Virus record (IMG/VR): IMGVR_UViG_2531839468_000024
Reading direction: 5' to 3' (one strand)
Source: a virus
Lineage: Duplodnaviria > Heunggongvirae > Uroviricota > Caudoviricetes
DNA length: 12,209 nucleotides
Each line of letters begins with the position of its first letter. Within the stretch, counting starts at the first letter, position 1. A model generated the notes under the pieces. It was not told the DNA's origin. It saw only the letters and a program-made list of their open reading frames with translations, and did not search any database. Shown here one piece after another: positions 1 to 5,393 of the stretch. A program made the translations under genes and the position numbers.

Positions 1-219
1 TGTTAATCCTACAATACCAAATAATGATAATACACCAATGACACTGACCGCGCCAAAGTATTTAAAGAAAATAGTTAATGATTCAACACTTATACCTTTC
101 CAATTTAAATAGCTTCTATAAGTATACAATTGCACAAAACACATGATAAAGAATAGGGGAAGGTATGACACTATAAATAGCGAAACTCTAGCACCTAAAT
201 GTAGTTTATTTACTCTCAT
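1..219 (-). CDS. Partial ORF (N-terminal fragment, continues past window start) encoding a strongly hydrophobic peptide; possible membrane protein
   Basis: Minus-strand frame open from ATG (reverse complement of 217-219) to position 1 with no stop; translation MRVNKLHLGARVSLFIVSYLPLFFIMCFVQLYTYRSYLNWKGISVESLTIFFKYFGAVSVIGVLSLFGIVGLT is hydrophobic; region is AT-rich. Not in the ORF track because it is unterminated in the window. Confidence 0.2.
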   Translation of the reverse strand, partial: MRVNKLHLGARVSLFIVSYLPLFFIMCFVQLYTYRSYLNWKGISVESLTIFFKYFGAVSVIGVLSLFGIVGLT

Positions 220-427
220 AACTACCCCACAGCCTACACGTCTAGTATTTTATGTTATTTCGAATAATTATGCATCAGATTACCATCCTACAATTGTGCA
301 TAAAACGAGCATTTTGCTGATTTTTCTGCGGATGCCTGAGACAGACAACCTCAAGCACCCGCAGCAATTTTACTTAACTCCCGCTACCTCGCCAATATGA
401 AATCAATAAGAAAGGTGCTCCATAAAA

Positions 428-1114
428 TCACTCCTTCTCTTCTTTATCGTAGTGGAGTTGACCAATTTTGATAAGAGGGCGTCCCTGAGATTTGCGGTGT
501 AGATTGGTATCGCGCAGAGAATACACACAGCCACAATATTCCTGCTGATAGAATTTTTCGCGCTTGCTGATTTCAATCATGCGGGACGAGCCGCCCTGCT
601 TGCGCCAGTTATAATCCCAGTACACCATGCCCGGATAATGCGCGACGGCTCGCCGCCCACAGTCGTTAACCTGCTGCATATTTTTCCAGCGTGAAATGCC
701 CAGTGAACTGCTGATCACACTGAAACCATTTTCAGCAGCGTACAGCGCTGTCCGCTCAAAACGCATGTCAAAACACATGGTACAACGGATCCCCCTCTCG
801 GGCTCCCATTCCATTCCTTTGGCACGTTCAAACCAGTTGTCTGTGTCGTAATCAGCATCAATAAATGGCACGCCGTGTTGTTCAGCAAAGCGAATATTCT
901 CATCCTTACGAATTAAATACTCTTTCTGAGGATGAATGTTCGGGTTGTAGAAAAAGATGGTATAGTCGATTCCCGAGGCCTGAAGCGCCTCCATCACTTC
1001 ACCGGAACATGGAGCACAGCAAGAGTGCAGTAGTAGTTTGTTTGCCCCGTTTGGGAGCTCCAATTTAGGCCGTTTGAAATCAGCAATAGTCATAAATATT
1101 TTTATTGGGGTCAT
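428..1114 (-). CDS. queH: DUF208 / QueH-like epoxyqueuosine reductase (Fe-S enzyme of queuosine tRNA modification)
   Basis: 228-aa ORF with [11 protein letters not shown] motif near the N-terminus plus later cysteines ([14 protein letters not shown]), as I recall for the QueH/DUF208 family. No clear Shine-Dalgarno for either candidate ATG (1114 or 1093). Confidence 0.55.
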   Translation of the reverse strand: MTPIKIFMTIADFKRPKLELPNGANKLLLHSCCAPCSGEVMEALQASGIDYTIFFYNPNIHPQKEYLIRKDENIRFAEQHGVPFIDADYDTDNWFERAKGMEWEPERGIRCTMCFDMRFERTALYAAENGFSVISSSLGISRWKNMQQVNDCGRRAVAHYPGMVYWDYNWRKQGGSSRMIEISKREKFYQQEYCGCVYSLRDTNLHRKSQGRPLIKIGQLHYDKEEKE

Positions 1115-1290
1115 GAAAATAGCACAGAGTGTAGCATCAGGGCTATCGGGAATAGATGTCTAAATCTGGTAATATCTGCTTTTGACGCAAAGCAGACAAC
1201 CACGCTAGCTCAATCCTGTGCCGTGAAAATGTCAATTCACATCTGAACTAATGCTCTTTAATCTAGTTACGTCTATAAATAACGAAAATT

Positions 1291-1689
1291 TCACTGATAA
1301 AATGCCAGTATGCGCTGCATAACTTCGCTCTTCCGGCACTCACAGCAAATTATGTTTTGGTGCCTGTCATAACGACGTATTTCTCCGTCAGGTAATGACC
1401 AGATAAGGTCCGGATCAACCACAGATGTTTTCTTCACCTTTGCCCTCGAGAGTTTTTTGCGGGCGTTTTGCCAGTCCTTACGAGCCTGTTCAGACGGGAA
1501 TAACCCGTAGCCAGAGTTATATACATCACCACTGGCAACCAGCTCTCTGGCGAGAACGCTCATCAGATATCTTGTCGCACCTGTCTTGGCTTCCAGTTGC
1601 CGTAACGTCTCGCGCCCACTCCGGCGTACTAGCTCAACAACCTGCCCCTTGATTTTTTCCCGCTCTTCTTGTGTAAAAACTTTTGCCAC
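1291..1689 (-). CDS. Hypothetical 132-aa protein downstream of the O-like replication gene
   Basis: GTG start preceded by a strong SD (AAGGGGGAC, reverse complement of 1692-1700); 40 bp downstream of the O-like stop, same strand. No family recognised. Confidence 0.5.
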   Translation of the reverse strand: MAKVFTQEEREKIKGQVVELVRRSGRETLRQLEAKTGATRYLMSVLARELVASGDVYNSGYGLFPSEQARKDWQNARKKLSRAKVKKTSVVDPDLIWSLPDGEIRRYDRHQNIICCECRKSEVMQRILAFYQ

Positions 1690-1729
1690 AAGTCCCCCTT
1701 AAAATTACCTCATGACCTGAAATCAAAAC

Positions 1730-2695
1730 TTATCCTCTGAAACCAGGCGGAATTTCTGTATCCGGTTCAGAAATATGATTAACACAACGCTGTACAGGTG
1801 AACGCCCCAGGCGGATGACCAGTTCGTCCCATTTTTCGCGGAGCTTTGACGGGCTCATGATGTTTTTTACCCAGAATGGATCCCGCTGTACCCGACCAAA
1901 CATTTCACAAATTTGTCTGTGGCTTCTGCCATCCAGCATCCGCATTGTGCGCACATCATTGGCCCAGACAGTCCAGTTAGGCTCTTTTGGTCGCATGATC
2001 TCGCCATCATCACTGGCGGCCTGTTCGTAGAGACCCACGATCCGCCCCCATATCCACTGCGCACACGCCAGATCCTCCTGGCTACCCCACTGGCGTTTTT
2101 TCGCACTAAACACAACTGCGCCAGGGTGCCGGATTAAAAAATCCTGTTCAGCCGTCTGCGGGTCCGGTTGCGAAGCTTCCGGACGAAAAGTGTTTTTATT
2201 CTCTGTAGTAATCTCTGTTGTATTCTCTGTAGGATCATCGGGCCATTTTGACCCGATGACATTGGGTCGTTTTGAACCAATGGAGCGTTTCATTTTGACC
2301 TCTTCCATCGTGTCATTTTGACCTGATGGAGCGGCGCATTTTGAACCGATGGATTCGCTCAATTTGCCATCATCTAAAAGCTCGCTCCCATAGTTAATCG
2401 TGTAGAAATTGGTCATATCGCGCTTTGATTTATTGAGCTTTTCACAACGCAAAAGCCCCAGCGTTTTCAGACTTGCAAACGCGCGCTTTAACGTTGACTC
2501 TGACCAGAATGGGAACTGTTCCAGCCATTGTTCCGTTGTGTTGTAAATCCAGCGAACACCATCACATTCCATGCCGGAATTGGTATCTCTCAACCAGTAA
2601 TGCAACTGCTGCAACACAATGGCTTCATTTAAGCCAATCTTCATCGCAAGCTGTGTGTTTATAACCAGTGGGCGTTCAGCAAAAAGAAGGCTCAT
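1730..2695 (-). CDS. Lambdoid replication initiator (O-like) with internal origin
   Basis: ORF track gives 1730-2749 (TTG start); I prefer the ATG at 2693-2695 (MSLLFAERPLVINTQLAMKIGLNEAIVLQQLHYWL...), giving a 321-aa product. The N-terminal region resembles replication-initiator DNA-binding domains; the iteron array lies inside the gene as in lambda O. Confidence 0.6.
   Translation of the reverse strand: MSLLFAERPLVINTQLAMKIGLNEAIVLQQLHYWLRDTNSGMECDGVRWIYNTTEQWLEQFPFWSESTLKRAFASLKTLGLLRCEKLNKSKRDMTNFYTINYGSELLDDGKLSESIGSKCAAPSGQNDTMEEVKMKRSIGSKRPNVIGSKWPDDPTENTTEITTENKNTFRPEASQPDPQTAEQDFLIRHPGAVVFSAKKRQWGSQEDLACAQWIWGRIVGLYEQAASDDGEIMRPKEPNWTVWANDVRTMRMLDGRSHRQICEMFGRVQRDPFWVKNIMSPSKLREKWDELVIRLGRSPVQRCVNHISEPDTEIPPGFRG
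2186..2233. repeat. AT-rich tract with three 11-12-bp direct repeats (ATTCTCTGTAG / AATCTCTGTTG / ATTCTCTGTAG) next to the iterons
   Basis: Repeats at 2198-2208, 2210-2220, 2222-2232. The tract lies downstream of the iterons in the coding direction of the O-like gene, matching the iteron-then-AT-rich layout of lambda ori. Confidence 0.5.
2244..2375. repeat. Iteron array: 5 good copies plus 1 degenerate copy of CATTTTGA(C/A)C-(N)-GATGG at 23-bp periodicity; putative replication origin
   Basis: Copies start at 2244, 2268, 2291, 2314, 2337 and (degenerate) 2360; read directly from the sequence. They encode a repetitive (S/V)IGSK linker in the O-like protein. Confidence 0.7.
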
Positions 2696-3197
2696 AATTC
2701 CATCCAGCTTTTTGTTGGTATTGCTGTCGATACGCAAGTTTGAAAGCAATTGCTTTTTCTATAAGTTCGTCAGTTTCACGATCCACTACGGCAGGATCAG
2801 CAAAAAGCAGTCCGGACTCCACCACATCGCCATATTCTTTGTTTAACCCGGCGATCATGTACGTGATGCTTTTTCCGTCACTAATTTCACGATGCAACCT
2901 GAAATCATTAATCCGGATAGCCTCCATAATTGCAGGCACTAGCGCCGTGAACTTTTCACGCTTATCCCTGGTGTCGATAGCCTTCCAGCGTTCGAATATC
3001 TTCACTCGATTAACGCCAAGCGCTCGCTGATCAACCGCGCCACCTTCATCTGTGACACGCTGAACATCGATGTTCGGGCGCTCTTTCAAAGCCCAGAATG
3101 CTTCAGTGATTAATATCGTCGCCTGCTCCTGTGTCATTCCTGGTCGACATATCCAGGCATCCAGAGCCTCACGAGCCTGTTCAGGAGTGATTTTCAT
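2676..3197 (-). CDS. Hypothetical 173-aa early protein at the CII position (possibly YdaT-like)
   Basis: ATG start at 3195-3197; overlaps the Cro-like gene stop by 17 nt and the O-like start by 20 nt, so it sits in a tightly packed rightward early operon. Family assignment is by position only. Confidence 0.45.
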   Translation of the reverse strand: MKITPEQAREALDAWICRPGMTQEQATILITEAFWALKERPNIDVQRVTDEGGAVDQRALGVNRVKIFERWKAIDTRDKREKFTALVPAIMEAIRINDFRLHREISDGKSITYMIAGLNKEYGDVVESGLLFADPAVVDRETDELIEKAIAFKLAYRQQYQQKAGWNYEPSFC

Positions 3198-3408
3198 TGT
3201 TCAACCGCCCCGCCCGCTTCGTCTTACGATATTCGTCATAAACCTTGGGATCATACAGAAGCTCGCCGCCAGATGCCTCCTGTAGACGCATCGCGCGACC
3301 TTCAGGAACCAGCTCTTGCCATTGAGAAACAGCAGATGGGTCAACGCCAGCAGCTTTCGCTACTTTGGCTTTCGTACCGTAAAAATTAATTACGTCTGAT
3401 TTAAACAT
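3181..3408 (-). CDS. dicC: Cro-like small DNA-binding protein (DicC/YdaS family)
   Basis: ORF track start at 3435 is TTG; the internal ATG at 3406-3408 has a strong SD (GGAGGT) and gives a 75-aa product, MFKSDVINFYGTKAKVAKAAGVDPSAVSQWQ..., with an HTH-like segment. Divergent from the repressor. Confidence 0.65.
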   Translation of the reverse strand: MFKSDVINFYGTKAKVAKAAGVDPSAVSQWQELVPEGRAMRLQEASGGELLYDPKVYDEYRKTKRAGRLNNENHS

Positions 3409-3485
3409 CGCACCTCCAATATTGAGTTTTCTCAATGCTAATCACTCAAGGAATCTCAAGTCAAGGGTTATTAAGATATCTAAAT
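3409..3485. promoter_or_regulatory. Divergent promoter/operator region between the Cro-like and repressor genes
   Basis: Inverted repeat ATTGAG-N4-CTCAAT at 3421-3436; further CTCAAG half-sites at 3445-3450 and 3455-3460. The core TTGAGTTTTCTCA recurs downstream of the repressor gene. Confidence 0.55.
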
Positions 3486-3893
3486 ATGAACGAGAAAACT
3501 TTAGGTCAACGCATTAGAGAAAGACGTAAGCAGGTAGGCTTAAGTCAAAACGGTTTAAGCAAAGCTGCTGGCGTATCTGGCTCATCAATTTCATTATGGG
3601 AAAGTGACCATACAGCCCCGCGCGGGCAAAATTTGCATCGCCTCGCCGAGGTATTGCAGTGTTCACCAACCTGGATACTGTTTGGCGACGAGGACAAAAC
3701 ACCAGCTCCCCCTGTTTCACTCGATAGTGCCTTAGACTTATCGGAAGATGAGTTAGAGATGCTGCGTTTGTATCGCGCACTTCCTAAATCAGAGCAACAA
3801 GCACAACTCAGCGAACTCCGCGCCCGCGTTGAGAATTTTAATCGCCTGTTCACCGAGCTATTAGAGGCTCGCAAACGCAACAAGCATCAATAA
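3486..3893 (+). CDS. dicA: DicA-like HTH (XRE-family) prophage repressor
   Basis: ATG at 3486 gives 135 aa. HTH near the N-terminus (QRIRERRKQVGLSQNGLSKAAGVSGSSISLWE) and a conserved VLQCSPTWILFGDEDK segment that I recall from Qin DicA. Weak or absent SD, consistent with a cI-like leaderless or weakly initiated message. Confidence 0.75.
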   Translation: MNEKTLGQRIRERRKQVGLSQNGLSKAAGVSGSSISLWESDHTAPRGQNLHRLAEVLQCSPTWILFGDEDKTPAPPVSLDSALDLSEDELEMLRLYRALPKSEQQAQLSELRARVENFNRLFTELLEARKRNKHQ

Positions 3894-3954
3894 TCATCCC
3901 TTCACAAAATTTTAAAGCCTTACATTTCAATGTATTGGCTTTATCTTGCGCCAA

Positions 3955-4016
3955 TGCTTGAGTTTTCTCATCAAAAAGCCTTGACGAAAAATAATGAGAA
4001 AACTAAATTACCTCCA
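3955..4016 (+). promoter_or_regulatory. Putative repressor-controlled promoter of the early-left (dicB-type) operon with two operator-like sites
   Basis: TTGAGTTTTCTCA at 3958-3970, identical to 3422-3434; inverted variant TGAGAAAACTAA at 3995-4006; candidate -35 TTGACG (3981-3986) and -10 TAAATT (4004-4009) with a 17-bp spacer. Confidence 0.5.
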
Positions 4017-4085
4017 TCAACACACCGCACGGTGTTCTCAGCAAACAGTTCCGCTACCCCGGCGTTAAGGGGAAATGAGGTCAGC

Positions 4086-4238
4086 ATGGATACTATCGAT
4101 CTTGGCAACAGCGAATCTCTGGTATGTGGCGTGTTCCCCAACCAGGACGGTACGTTCACCGCGATGACATATACCAAAAGCAAAACGTTTAAAACCGAAT
4201 CTGGCGCGCGTTGCTGGTTAGCCAGAAACACTGACTGA
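4086..4238 (+). CDS. ydfA: YdfA/YdaF-like (DUF1391) small protein
   Basis: The 102-aa ORF in the track is probably over-extended; the ATG at 4086 with SD GAGG (4077-4080) gives a 50-aa product, MDTIDLGNSESLVCGVFPNQDGTFTAMTYTKSKTFKTESGARCWLARNTD, matching the size and sequence character I recall for Qin YdfA / Rac YdaF. Confidence 0.6.
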   Translation: MDTIDLGNSESLVCGVFPNQDGTFTAMTYTKSKTFKTESGARCWLARNTD

Positions 4239-4249
4239 TGAGGCTGACG

Positions 4250-4615
4250 ATGGAATTTAAAGATTTACCGTCTGATGTACAGAAAACAGCAGCTCATACA
4301 TTGCATTCTGTGCTGCGAGAAATCGGGAAAGATATTGCAAGCGAGCCAGCAAAAGATCTGGCCCGGAAAATCAAGACCGCTTTCGTTGAGCTTTATAATG
4401 TTGGCACTGACTCTGAAACTGTCGAGACCAAGACCGTAAGTTCACCAATATTCTCACTTGAGCCAGGCGTATTATCAGGTGAAATATGCACCGAGATTTC
4501 CAGCGAACTGCTTCCGGTAATACGAGAAGCAATTTGCCGTCGCGGTTTGGATGGAAGTTACGATCATGACGTCCTGCAAGTTCTCAGGACAATGGTGACT
4601 TCACTGGGGATTTGA
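4250..4615 (+). CDS. Hypothetical 121-aa protein (position of ydfB/ydfC in Qin)
   Basis: ATG at 4250 with SD GAGG (4240-4243); the ORF track begins at 4238, overlapping the previous stop. No family recognised. Confidence 0.5.
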   Translation: MEFKDLPSDVQKTAAHTLHSVLREIGKDIASEPAKDLARKIKTAFVELYNVGTDSETVETKTVSSPIFSLEPGVLSGEICTEISSELLPVIREAICRRGLDGSYDHDVLQVLRTMVTSLGI

Positions 4616-4696
4616 TCCCTGCGTCCTCTAACCCGAGTTGTCAGGTTGACCATACGCTTAAGTGACAACCCCGCTGCAACGCCCTCTGTTATCAAT

Positions 4697-4754
4697 TTTC
4701 TGGTGACGTTTGGCGGTATCAGTTTTACTCCGTGACTGCTCTGCCGCCGTTTTT
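4697..4754 (+). ncRNA. dicF: DicF-like small regulatory RNA (ftsZ-targeting sRNA of dicB operons)
   Basis: TTTCTGGTGACGTTTGGCGGTATCAGTTTTACTCCGTGACTGCTCTGCCGCCG followed by a T-run (4750-4754); this matches DicF as I recall it, and it sits in a roughly 300-bp non-coding gap just upstream of the DicB-like ORF. No covariance-model search was possible. Confidence 0.65.
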
Positions 4755-4923
4755 AAAGTGAATTTTGTGATGCGGTGAATGCGGCTAAGCGCACGCGGAA
4801 CAGTTAAAACCAAAAACAGTGTTATGGGTAGATTCTCTGTATCCGGCGTTAATTGTTAACTGGTTAACGTCACCTGGAGGCACCAGGCACTGCATCACAA
4901 AATTCATTGTTGAGGACGCGATA

Positions 4924-5112
4924 ATGAAAACGTTATTACCAAACGTTAATACGTCTGAAGGTTGTTTTGAAATTGGTGTCACTATCAGTAACCCTGTATT
5001 TACTGAAGATGCCATTAACAAGAGAAAACAAGAACGGGAGCTATTAAATAAAATATGCATTGTTTCAATGCTGGCTCGTTTACGTCTGATGCCAAAAGGA
5101 TGTGCACAATGA
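4924..5112 (+). CDS. dicB: DicB-like cell-division inhibitor (62 aa)
   Basis: ATG at 4924 with SD GAGGA (4911-4915); 62-aa product MKTLLPNVNTSEGCFEIGVTISNPVF...; size, position after the DicF-like RNA and sequence match my recollection of Qin DicB. The 97-aa ORF in the track is an upstream over-extension. Confidence 0.75.
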   Translation: MKTLLPNVNTSEGCFEIGVTISNPVFTEDAINKRKQERELLNKICIVSMLARLRLMPKGCAQ

Positions 5113-5300
5113 ATTCAGCATTTGCGCTTGTTCTGACAGTTTTTCTTGTTTCCGGAGAGCCAGTTGATATTGCAGTCAGTGTTCACAGGACAATGCAGGA
5201 GTGTATGACTGCAGCAACCGAACAGAAAATTCCCGGTAACTGTTACCCGGTCGATAAAGTTATTCACCAGGATAATATCGAAATCCCGGCAAGTCTTTAA
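5109..5300 (+). CDS. ydfD: YdfD-like small membrane (lysis-type) protein (63 aa)
   Basis: ATG at 5109 overlaps the dicB stop (ATGA coupling, 5109-5112); N-terminal hydrophobic segment SAFALVLTVFLVSG; 63 aa as for Qin YdfD. Confidence 0.65.
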   Translation: MNSAFALVLTVFLVSGEPVDIAVSVHRTMQECMTAATEQKIPGNCYPVDKVIHQDNIEIPASL

Positions 5301-5393
5301 AACAGTTCCGTAATAAATATCCGGTTTCATTCTTATATGCCAGCAATGGCAGGGATTTGTTCATCCTTAAATCTGTCATGAGGTTAAAACAAA

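Noticed and set aside
143-400. 85-aa plus-strand ORF in the AT-rich left edge
   Set aside because: Low-complexity, AT-driven translation with no SD and no recognisable features; more likely intergenic or promoter sequence.
1115-1290. tRNA gene or att core at the prophage boundary
   Set aside because: No cloverleaf-compatible sequence was seen by eye; only a short imperfect palindrome (1178-1193). Cannot be excluded without a tRNA scan.
2197-2375. CRISPR array or tandem-repeat locus
   Set aside because: The repeats are short, degenerate, lie inside a coding sequence and have no unique spacers; they fit replication-origin iterons better.
1730-2749. TTG start at 2749 for the O-like gene and TTG start at 3435 for the Cro-like gene
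   Set aside because: Both require TTG initiation and long overlaps with upstream genes; downstream ATG codons (2695 and 3408) fit better, the latter with a strong SD.
3930-4238. 102-aa ORF as given in the track
   Set aside because: The 5' half lies in the promoter/operator region and lacks an SD; the ATG at 4086 with an SD gives a 50-aa YdfA-like product instead.
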